From NCBI GenBank assembly GCA_029953675.1, contig JAMWBK010000008.1:496001-560000 (forward strand): 64,000 nt of DNA, written 5' to 3'. Below, piece after piece: positions 23,692 to 33,345 of this stretch. This DNA is from Rhodosorus marinus CCMP1338. Taxonomy: Eukaryota > Plantae > Rhodophyta. Both the position numbers and the translations under genes were made by a program. How positions within the stretch are numbered: position 1 is the stretch's first letter; every line of letters starts with the position of its first letter. The notes below the pieces were generated by a model, which saw nothing but the letters and a program-made list of their open reading frames with translations, had not been told where the DNA came from and did no database searches.

Positions 23692-24351
23692 CTATATAAG
23701 ACCTAGCTTTGCTAGATCTTGAGACCTAGAATTAAGTAAAGACAAGTTGGTTAGAAGAGTTCTAACAGGTCCAGTCGACCCGAGCTCCTGGGACAGATTC
23801 CTCGGTATCTGGCCCTGTACCCCACTAGGCTCGAGGGCGAGCTGATCCACCTCCGAATCCCCGGCATCAAAATCCATGGCAGAAGGCTCAACCACAGGCA
23901 GAGGCTCTACGCCCGCAGAGAGACCCCCCACTGGGAACACCTCAGCAAAATCGGGATGGTTCTCCAAGAGCGAAGTTTCAGAGACAAAGAAATCATGGAC
24001 AGCGGAGTGGAGAAGGCCCCGAGTTGGAAGCCGGTCGAGAAGGTTCTTCTGAGCGCCTGAAAGGCGCTCAAAATGCGCCGAAATCGCCGATCGCAGAAGG
24101 TCCGCGGGGCGCGCCCCAAGGAGATCCGCAGGCGCAAGCGAGTCAGAGGAAAAACGGTCAAAATCAAGCACGAGGGACACGTGGGCGCGAGTCAGAATCT
24201 TATTCGCTAAAACCGGCCGCTGTGAGGGAGGCGTTTGCAACAGCGTAGAGAGGATTTGATAAGCGGTATCGGAGACCAGGAAGGTAGCGTGAGGGCCCGA
24301 AAAATCAACGGAGAGAAAATCGCGAGGGGACGTGCCCGGGCACGAGGCCAT
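23692..24351 (-). CDS. Orphan 219-aa ORF inside the array, possibly ORF1/gag-like protein of another element
   Basis: A stop-free 660-bp frame with protein-like composition. No recognisable domain. Confidence 0.4.
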   Translation of the reverse strand: MASCPGTSPRDFLSVDFSGPHATFLVSDTAYQILSTLLQTPPSQRPVLANKILTRAHVSLVLDFDRFSSDSLAPADLLGARPADLLRSAISAHFERLSGAQKNLLDRLPTRGLLHSAVHDFFVSETSLLENHPDFAEVFPVGGLSAGVEPLPVVEPSAMDFDAGDSEVDQLALEPSGVQGQIPRNLSQELGSTGPVRTLLTNLSLLNSRSQDLAKLGLI

Positions 24352-24475
24352 GGTGTCTCAAAAATCGCGAACAGGAATGCGGGCCCCGGAGCGCGAGGAG
24401 CGCTGGGGTCGCACATTGGTCATTAAGACCCAACTCAGAGGAGAGAGTGTGCGCTGAACAGAGTCAACAGCAGGC

Positions 24476-25225
24476 TCAGGCGGGAAAGCAAGTGCTTACC
24501 AGGGCCTCCACTCGGGCCTCAACAGCCCCACGCCGGAGGACTTGGGAATAGGAAGGATGCGCTGGGCGAGAAGGAGCAGCATGGGCACAGGGCCAGATAC
24601 CGAGGAATCTGCCCCCGCAGCTCGGGTCGACTGGACCGCTGGGGCAAGGACAGCTGTCCCCGCAGCGATCGTCAGGCACGGGTGGGACAGGGGCAGTTGG
24701 GACAGCCGCCGCCACCGCCGACGGCGAGCCCGGACCCGGGGCATTGGCAAAGGCGGCAAGGGAGGAAGTCAGCTCCGGGAGGGGGTTGGCCTCGGCAGCA
24801 ACAGCAACAGCGCGAGCAATATGAATGACTAGGGCCTCTGTGGTAGCCTTGGAGCAATCTGGCAGCTCGGCGAGCGTGCCAAATCGCCCAAGCCGGAGTT
24901 CCACCGACAACGGTGGGGTGCTCGACGCGGCCATCACGAGGGGGACCGCGAAAGAACGCCGTAGAAGGGCACAACCATCAGGCACCTTCTGAGTCCACGG
25001 GAAATCCCCGCCAAAAACGCACTTGAACCCACCCGAAGAAAAAGAGAAACACCTCCGCAACCCCCGGAGAACGTCAAAACCCCCTAACAACCACCAACCG
25101 TTTTACACAGACCGAGAAACAAGCGGGGGAAAGACCGCTCAAAGCAGCGCCTCCCACGAAAGAACACTTAGGCACCCAAAAATGCGCCAAACCCAACTCC
25201 AGACCACAATCACAATCCAAAACGT
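24476..25225 (-). mobile_element. Putative 5' UTR and Ala/Pro-rich ORF start of a retroelement (copy 2)
   Basis: Homologous to 18925-19345 and continues into an Ala/Pro-rich ORF (24476-25090). Confidence 0.6.
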
Positions 25226-25288
25226 TGTTCCCTCCGCCATCAGCGTCTTGTTTCTCACTTCTCCTGGTAGAGAGGCTCTGAATAAACA

Positions 25289-25387
25289 GATGAAACCCGC
25301 TATCTTCCGAACCAAACCCCAAGAAAGTCTGTTCTTGTATTCTAATGCCTTTTCTTCTCTACTTTTTCTACCCTTCCCAGTGAACTC
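25289..25387 (+). repeat. Unclassified repeat X, fragment 1
   Basis: GATGAAACCCGCTATCTT and CAAACCCCAAGAAAGTCTGTTCTTGTATTCT match the reverse complement of ~30520-30632. Confidence 0.75.
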
Positions 25388-25837
25388 TTAAGCCGTTCAG
25401 TTCACTAATATCCACTATATGCTCTGTGGGGAAGATCTGCTTCTAGATCTAGTAGATCGGCCGACCTACTGGACTAGATCATCTAGTGCGACCATCCATG
25501 GTGATTGATGATACTATAGTGATTGATTCCATGGGGATTGATACTATTGTTACTATTGTCGTGTTAGTGCGGTCTCGTGGATCTTCACAGTGTGTATCTA
25601 TCGGGTCAGATTCCCCGGAACAATCTATTTTCGGTTGTTTGACCTGATCTTGTTGTTGTTTCGTTTTGTGGGTCTTTAAGTAGGAAGCACAGCAAGTTGC
25701 GTTTTGAGGCTGTACCATCGGCGGATTGAGGTGGGGGAGGCGCTTTGAGGTGTAGGTTCTAGTTGTTGATTTGCTGCGGTTTAGCATTTCTCGAATGATT
25801 AATTCGTGTTTGTTGCTTAATAGCTATATTGAGAAAG

Positions 25838-26236
25838 ATGAAGGGATTGCTTGTAATGATTGTGGTGCTGGGACTGTTAGCTGGAGATGGAGTTGTGCAC
25901 GGTAGTGCGAACATTGGGGAGGAAAAGATGAATGCGCTCATTGGAAAGCATCCGGTTCTAGTATTTTCCAAGTCCTATTGCGGATTTTCTAAAATGGCGA
26001 AGCACTTGATAACAGGTCTCTACCCTCAGGCGAAGGTCGTTGAATTGGATCGAGAAGAGCATGGGACGGAGATGCAGAACGTGCTAAAGAGCAAGTACGA
26101 GCATTACACGGTTCCAGCAGTTTTTCTTGGGGATACTCTCGTCGGTGGTAACTCTGACGTTCAGAAGCTGAACGCGAACGGAGAGCTAGACCAAATGATC
26201 AATCGGGTAATTAGCGAATGGGAAGATGAGCTGTAG
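25838..26236 (+). CDS. Glutaredoxin with an N-terminal signal/anchor and a CGFS site, intronless
   Basis: Hydrophobic N-terminus LLVMIVVLGLLAG, then HPVLVFSKSYCGFS, TVPAVF and VGGNSD. Confidence 0.9.
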   Translation: MKGLLVMIVVLGLLAGDGVVHGSANIGEEKMNALIGKHPVLVFSKSYCGFSKMAKHLITGLYPQAKVVELDREEHGTEMQNVLKSKYEHYTVPAVFLGDTLVGGNSDVQKLNANGELDQMINRVISEWEDEL

Positions 26237-27391
26237 ATTCTCATGGTTGTGTCTCACGCCATGCAACTCCCCCATTTCAGTTTCGAAATGCAGATCGCTG
26301 AGGAGCACGGCCTTAGTTGAACAGAAGCCGATCCGCTTTTGTCCTGATGAACTATGTTGAGCTAGTATTGACCTCGCGTGTTGAGCAGTTGAATTTTGCT
26401 CTAACAATCAAGTGGGCATTCGGTAAAGGTTCAATCACAAGGCACAATACTGTGTTGGGCATGTTAGTGGGGTTTTTCATACATGCTCTGACCGTGTACA
26501 TGAAATGTTTGGCCTACGGGACATCCGTGCAGACCAATGCACACCGTGCGAGCCACTTGAAGGAGGATGTTGTAAGCGAGATAGGCCCGAAAACTGAGAA
26601 GGGCTCTCATGTTGTCCTCCCACCTGTATGGGGTGCGTGAATGGATATGCCAAAAATGGACACCGGATTATAAAAATACGCCCCTCAGAGTTTGCTTGCT
26701 CTGAGTAAACGATGTTGTTGTACCCACATAGGATCCAGCTATATTGGGAATGGTAGCTATCCTCGTTCAGTATCGTGCTGCAACGTCCAGCAGCCGTTTA
26801 GTTTGGTTCCTCTCAGGCTTGTGATCTGACTAAACGATGTTGTTGTTTTGGGCTGGATCACTTGAGAAAGTGTTCGGAATCAGCCCTCTGGTTGTGTTCT
26901 TCATTCTACTACCGTAGCTTTCGAAGAGCACGGTCTGAGGGCTGCATGCCCAGTCTCAACTACTGCAATTCTGCAGTTCGATCTAGCAACAGAAAGCAAA
27001 CTTTCACAGGATCTTGAGAGCCCAGGATAGGCGACAAAATCCTGTGCAGGAGACGGTTGATTCCGGTGTGGCTTTAAGTTCCGGCCCCTTTCGCTGCTGG
27101 ACAGCTTGCGAGCCGTGAGCCTAAAGTTTTCGAACATTTGTGGGCAATGTAGCTCACATAAACAAATCCCGTCAGTTGTCCAGCAGCGAAAGGGTTGAGA
27201 ACGAGCCACCATTCACGCATCAATCGTCTCCTGTACCGAACTGTTCAGCCGATCCTTCGAGCTCGAGGTGCAGAGATTGCCATGAAACGGCCTCTCGCGG
27301 TACACAGGTCTTTGGACTTTTGACTAGCGCGTCGAGGTTCTTGGAGGAGTGTTTCCCCGCTGTCTGCGTAGCTTTGCCGCAAAAGGGGGGC

Positions 27392-27600
27392 ATTACCTAC
27401 TTCCGAGTAAACTGGAAACTCCAGGTGGGCTGTCTAATATCCCAGGTGTTTACATGGGGAGAAATACTCCATCCCTCATGACCCCGGCTCAGGAGGCTAG
27501 CACATACCAAACCAGAGCGATAATAAAGCCTGATAACATCAGAAGCCTGATGTTATCAGGCTTCTTATCGGTGATGAGGTCTGGAGAATAGACCTACTGA
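27392..27600 (+). repeat. Unclassified repeat X, fragment 2
   Basis: GTAAACTGGAAAC...TCTAATATCCCAGGTG...GAAATACTCCATCCCTCAT...GAGGTCTGGAGAATAGAC is an inverted match to 30350-30510. Confidence 0.8.
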
Positions 27601-29500
27601 AGTCGTTTGCGCTGAAGATGATGCTGAAATGGACGTTGTAGCCGTGCCGTTGAGGCCGACAGAGGAGTCTGTTACCCGGTCGGGTCCGGCCCGTTCGAGG
27701 ACTGATGTAGTACAAAAAAAACCTGTCTTGGGACATACACTGGGACTCGTACGCCACCCTTCTGCGTTCGCCTTCCTCTCCGCCTTCGACATTGGCAAGC
27801 GTCCGTGGTTTGGGGGGGGAGTCTGAGCTCCCGCTTCTTTACGGTCATTCCTGCCTACCCGCGTTTGGTGATGACAGACTTCGAGCTGCGTACGAGCTTG
27901 CGCTTGTACCTAGGGTTGCCAGAAACCCCATGGCCTGCGGACAGGGATTCGAGATGTAATCTGCGAGGCGGCTCAGTGCCTTGCGGTGATTTTGGTGGGC
28001 TTGTTGGCATCTTTTCCGCAGGTGCAAGGGGCCCGGACTCGACGCCATACGCGGCTCAACCGCTTGCTGTTCCGGTATCTTCGTTCTCAGGTGCTGGGCA
28101 CCGGTGGAGTATAAGGTCCCCCTGCCGTTGGCAACGGCAATTACTGATGGGGCAGACGCCCCAGTGGTGCAACGGTTGGCGGACCTAGTGGTCACTGATC
28201 TGAGTGCTCGTCGGAGTGATACATCGACCTTTCTATCCCTTGTCCTCAGGCTACCAGATACCTGCCAGCCTCCGCTCGACGCCGAGGCGCTGCAGCTCGG
28301 TCAATGCGGCAACTGAAGGAATCCCAGTACGCTGCGGCAATGCTAGATGCTACTCTTCCCGATTCGGCGTTGTCCTATCGGTTTATTCCACTCATCGTCG
28401 AGTGCTTTGGTTTAGTTGATAGTGTAGGTTCTCGTTGGCTTCGTGAGCTCTTTCGAAACAACCCAGGTCGTCTTGATAGCCTCCTCACGGAGCTGTCCTT
28501 GACCTTTTGGCGTTCCGACGCTGCTTGATTGTCGGACACGCGCCATCTTCTTCTTCAAGTTTATTCAGAGGCTAACTACCCTGAGAAGCGAGAGATAAGA
28601 CGCTGATGACGCGCGTCTACAAACAAAGCAGCATTTGAGCGCCACAGGGTCAAAGAAAGCTCCGTGAGCAGACTATCTAGACGCCCTGAGTCGTTGCGAA
28701 AGATACCTCGCAGCCAGCGAGAACCTACACTATCTATCAAGCCAAAGCGTTCAATAATGAGGGGGACAAACCGGTATGTCACCGCCGAGTCTCGAAAAGT
28801 AGGGTTTGACATCGCTGCCGCGTACTGCGATTCTTTCACATGCCCCAGGGACCGAGCTGCAGCTCCTCGACGCCGAGCGGCCGCAGGCAGGTACCTGGTC
28901 GCCTGAGGACAAGGCATGGAGAGGTCAATGTACTCGCTGCGACGCGCAATTAGGCCAGACACAACGAGATCCGCCAACCGCTGTACCGCTGGGGCGTCAC
29001 TCTCGTCAGCAATTTCCGATGCCACCGCCAGAGGGACCTCATACTCCACTTCTCGGTCCGTACCGAGCGATTGAGAACGAAGGTAGCGGAAAAGCAACCG
29101 GTTGAGCCGCGTATGGCGTCTTGTCCGGGCCCCTTGAACCTTCGCACAAGACGCCAACAAGTGCGCACCATATTCACCCCAAGGCACAACGGTCCCGCAC
29201 AATGCACATCGAGAATCCCACCCAACAGGCGAAGGGGGTTGCGGCAACCCCAGGTACAGTCGCAAGCTTACACGAAGTTCGAGATTGGTAAGCGCCAACC
29301 GCGGATACGCAGGTATGACCGTGAAGAAGCGGGAGCTGAGACTCCCCCCCAAACCGCGCAGGCGAGCCAAAGTCGACGCCGAGCAGGAAGGTGAACTCAG
29401 AAGGGTGGCATACGAGTCCCCATGCATGTCCCTTTTTTACGCCATCAGCGTCTTGTTTCTTGCTACTCATGGTAGCTAGGCTCTTGACTAAACGGATCAT
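27600..29500. mobile_element. Array 2: family 1 3' halves, + copy (~27600-28545) facing a - copy (~28558-29420), plus a 3' end at 29440-29500
   Basis: ORF 28576-29427 on - is an open CCHC-RLE frame. The + copy has frameshifted CCHC-RLE. Confidence 0.9.
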
Positions 29501-29714
29501 CGGAAACAGTAAAAGAAGGCACCGGAGTATGAATAAACGTATGCTGACGACGGACGATGGAGTATGGAGAAATACAGCAGAGGTCAAGTATTTCTTACAT
29601 GGTCTCATCGCTTGGTGCGATCTAGATAAAGGAGAGTCCAGAGTGCGGGATAACGGACGTGAAGGCGATATGGTTGTTGGGACAGGGGAGTTCCTCGTAC
29701 CGCGGACCGCCGAC

Positions 29715-30330
29715 TGAAGAACTTCAAGCTACCCTCCGTGTTCAGAGGAGAGGAGGAGTCGTACCTGTCCTTTGGGCACTGGCAACTCCAGGTAGAGACC
29801 TTTCACGATTTGAAAGATCTCAGGGAGGTGATAGACAACCCCGGAGATGCCACGGACGCTGAGAGACGATACGTCTCAGCACTATTCTCGTGGGAGCTGG
29901 AAGGACCAGCATTGGATATAGCGCTATGCTCATCTAAGGAGGGAGCCCCACACGAGGTGTCGGCAGCGCTACGCCAACGATACGACCCGCCCAGTCCTGA
30001 GACGGCTGATAGATTTGGGCCCGGTTGTATAGACGGAAGCTTCACCCGTCCGAGTCACCACGAACCCTCTTCCATCAGTCTGCTAAGGCTGATGACGTTG
30101 AGCGCACCTCCTGGGAGGTAAATTTTATCAGCCAAGCACAGGGTGTCTCCTCCCCACCTGTGTCCAATTCCACCGTACCCAACTCGCTGGGGGGTCTTGG
30201 TGTTCGCGTCCCGGAATGTGACATCCGTGTCAATCGTTCGCTTGGGACCCTGAAACGCACCGTCCAAGGGCAGCCGCGATCAGTTGCACCCGAATCAAGA
30301 ATGAACTTCCAAGCAACCCTCGCAGTCGAA
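29715..30330. mobile_element. Ty1/copia LTR-retrotransposon relic: gag on +, protease region on -
   Basis: + strand FRGEEESYLSFGHWQLQVETF...LRQRYDPPS is copia gag-like. - strand WKFILDSGAT (~30270-30320), then VTFRDA..GYGGI...LADKIYLPGGALNVISLSRLMEEG. Confidence 0.75.
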
Positions 30331-30349
30331 GGGGTTTGAGGTGCTCCCC

Positions 30350-30634
30350 TCAGTGTCTATTTCTCCAGACCTCACCCGGCTTCCTATCGCCTCTGGGTTG
30401 GGTTGTGCCAGCCTTCTGTGCCTGGTTATGAGGGATGGAGTATTTCTTCCCATGGCAAGGCACCTGGGATATTAGACAACCCACGGGGTTTCCAGTTTAC
30501 TGGGTAGGTAACGGAACAGGGAAAAGAATAGAAGAACAGAGTTTCTTGGGTTTGAGTTTTACTAGGAATCAGCCTTCCCGATTTTGGAGGCTTGTACTGC
30601 AAAGGGATGGGTTAAGATAGCGGGTTTCATCCGT
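30350..30634 (-). repeat. Unclassified repeat X, longest copy
   Basis: Contains, close together, the segments found separately at 25289-25387 and 27392-27600. Confidence 0.75.
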
Positions 30635-32423
30635 ACGTCTGATTTGGACTACCTTTGCCAATAGAGTCAGTGGGTTTCATCCTCGCGATCTTTCTTGTCA
30701 TTGGAGAGCTTTTAGAGTGGTTTTACACAGTTCTAGGACAAACACCTTGCTTCAGAGGGCTTTATGAGAGATTAACATTGGACAGGAATAGATCGATTTG
30801 AGAGGTTTCGAGTTGAATTTCAATAGGAAGAGGGCGAAGAAAAACTACAAAGACGCACGTGAACACTAACGAGCTTTGCAATGAAGAACTTCAAATATAT
30901 TGAAACTCAGATCAGACGACAATCCGAAATGATTGGAATTCAATCAATTAAGCTGGTCTTTCCTTGAGTTTCAAGAGAAGCAAAAAAAACAGAAATTGAA
31001 TGACAAGTCGATCCACAAGCTTTAAGTGATCGGGAACTGTATGTGTATCAATTAGGAGCTGTTCTGCCAAATCTAAGCGAGTAGCTTTCACTGCTTGCAC
31101 TGATAAATTTGTTGTGCCCCAGCTCTGCTCTTCGTAGTTCGACATGTCTGATCTTCTTCCCCGCTCTCTTCCTTCCTCCCAAAACCCCCCAACATCACGA
31201 CCCAAAACAATGGCTATCCCCACACCACATGGCTTCGTCACCAAACTCCCCCCTTAAGAGAAAAACTTTTCTTTCATAAATCGATTATTATATTACATTT
31301 TTCTGTCAATAAAAACTGTCCCAAGATAATTTTTGAAATATATTGGATATTATTTTGGTAATTAATATACAAAAACAATAATGCATATATTTTAACCCCT
31401 TCGTAATGTTCTCAATTATCTGAAATAAATTTGGTATATGTTTCCATGTTTTTCATAAAATCTTGCTCCACACTGGCTTTTAGGAGCCAACCAAATTAAA
31501 AGAATGTAGAAGACTGTAAAAACTGACCGCCAAAGGACCCCTCTCTATCCTGCTGGAATCCATATAAACATTCGCATTCTGCCTTTTATTTGTTGTTTTC
31601 AAACAAGGAAATGAAAAACTGGGAGGAAAATCGGTCTTCATTGAACTTGTGCTGAGGTGGTTAGCTTTTTTATCAGTCGATAATGAATTTCATGAATATT
31701 TTGATGGGAGCAGGTACGTGGCTCCGATGGTCAAGAGCATCGAAAGGTCAAAGGCGTCAGGCAGCGTGCATGGGGAAGGATTCTTATTTAGCCTGTGGAA
31801 TCCAACCCCCCTTTCCGGTCTTCCTCTTCGCATCCACTCATATTCAAGCAGATTCTGTTAAATTTTAGACAAAACAAAGGGGGGTAGTTGAATTGGATTT
31901 TTATATTTCAAGTACTGTTTTCTGAGTCGGTTTAGATATTCTTGGATATGTTGATGCAATCGGAAGGGGTAGGAGGGGGGGGAGGGGCGGTATCGGCAAA
32001 GAGGTTTGTTGGAATGGATTTTTATGTTTTTGTCTGTGTGTAGCAGTATGTTTTGGTGTTTTCGTTCGGAAGTTGTCAATAGTATTTGTGTATCAGCTGT
32101 GTAGCAGCAGCCGTAGCAGCTGTTTCAGCTGTTGAGTTGAGGAGTAATTGCGAGAGTGTTAAAGGATGGGTGCACGGAAATTTTTGATGATCTGTACATG
32201 TGTCTCCCGGTTCCTGGGGTTGAAGGTTTGAGAGGTAGGATGTTGGTTTAGGGGTACGGGGGAGGAGGAAGAGGAGGAGGAGGAGGCTTTTGGCATTGAC
32301 GATATTACAATCTGGGGCTTGTGGAACGGATTTGGATTTAGGAAAATTGGGAGGGATTTGTTCGGTACGGGGTTGGTTCAGGTTCAGGGGTGAGGGAGTT
32401 TTCTGGGTATTGAGTTGATCGCG

Positions 32424-33345
32424 ATGGAGGGAGGAAGAGGAATAGGCTTGGTTGTGCTGTTGTTGGCTGGGTTGGTGGCTGGGGAGGTTACTTTTACATC
32501 GAGGTATCCTTACATAGGGGCAATGATTGGTGGCGAAGGGGAAGATGCCGAGGTGTTTTGCTCGGCGGCGCTGTTGGCTAAGGATACTGCAATTACTGCC
32601 GCGAGATGCATCAAAGGTCACAAGTATGAGAGGACCAGGGTAAAGGTTTGTTTTGGGATGCATGATCCAGCTAGAGAACCCTCAATTTGCTCCTATGTGC
32701 GGAGGGCTGTTGTTCATCCGGACTTTAGGTTGAACAGGCCCGAAAACGATGTCGCCGTTTTCTCACTGGAATCTGCCGTGGGTTGGAGAGACGTGGAAGG
32801 ATTTGGCTCCCGGTTGAGAGCCGTGAACATCTCTTTCAGCGAAGTAGGAGATGACTTGAGCCTTCAACATATTGGGTACCGCAGCAAGAGTGCTTACATC
32901 GTGGAATCAAGGCAAATGCTCTACACGTCCTCGTTCAAGCAACTGGCTCCCCAGTGCAACAAGTCGAGATTGTATCGCCCAGACTCTCCCGCTGAAAGCA
33001 AAACTGACGAATTTGCTTGCACGACGGAGCAGATGGAGGCAGAAGGCCGAACATCGCTCGCGGGCGTGAACAGGGGGGCTTTCTTGTTGCACACTGGGCC
33101 TTCGTACACGAAGGATTTCATCGTTGGGTTGTACAGTGCTAGTCACGACGGTAAGCTATTGACTGATAGTGTTTTGAGCAGGTTTAGAGACTCCGATTTC
33201 TCACCGCATATGAATTATGTCATTGTCCGCAGATTATCTTGACGGGTCCAAAGGCTTCTTCGTGCGTTTCTCCAACCATAAGCGATTCATACTGTTGGGG
33301 CTCGGTCAATTCCAACATCGGGTGCCGTTCGCGAAGCATTATTGA
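32424..33345 (+). CDS. Secreted trypsin-fold serine protease homolog, catalytically inactive, 1 intron (33151-33232)
   Basis: Signal peptide, FCSAALL, TAARC (for TAAHC), VVHPDF, NDVAVF, GVNRGAF (for GDSGGP). The spliced C-terminus is DYLDGSKGFFVRFSNHKRFILLG...KHY*. Confidence 0.8.

Larger units (their letters stand above)
5590..25290. mobile_element. Array 1 of nested, truncated and inverted RLE-type (CRE-clade-like) non-LTR retrotransposon fragments
   Basis: RT, CCHC and RLE fragments recur on both strands, with many copies of the 3' end CAGCGTCTTGTCTCTCGCTTCTCAGGGTAGTTAGCCTCTGAATAAACGGATCATC. Confidence 0.93.

Noticed and set aside
5935-29500. The constant ~60-nt repeat separated by variable sequence resembles a CRISPR array
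   Set aside because: The repeat is the coding 3' end of a retroelement, occurs on both strands with spacing from tens to thousands of bp, and there are no cas genes in this eukaryotic context.
5590-30634. Inversions as whole-genome-amplification chimeras or misassembly
   Set aside because: Flanking and embedded genes are collinear and intact, junctions carry element-specific tails, and the copies are diverged. This is not fully excluded without reads.
32076-32663. 195-aa minus-strand ORF and many similar 60-200 aa track ORFs
   Set aside because: They are antisense or off-frame shadows of real genes or TEs, or low-complexity UTR, with no motifs.
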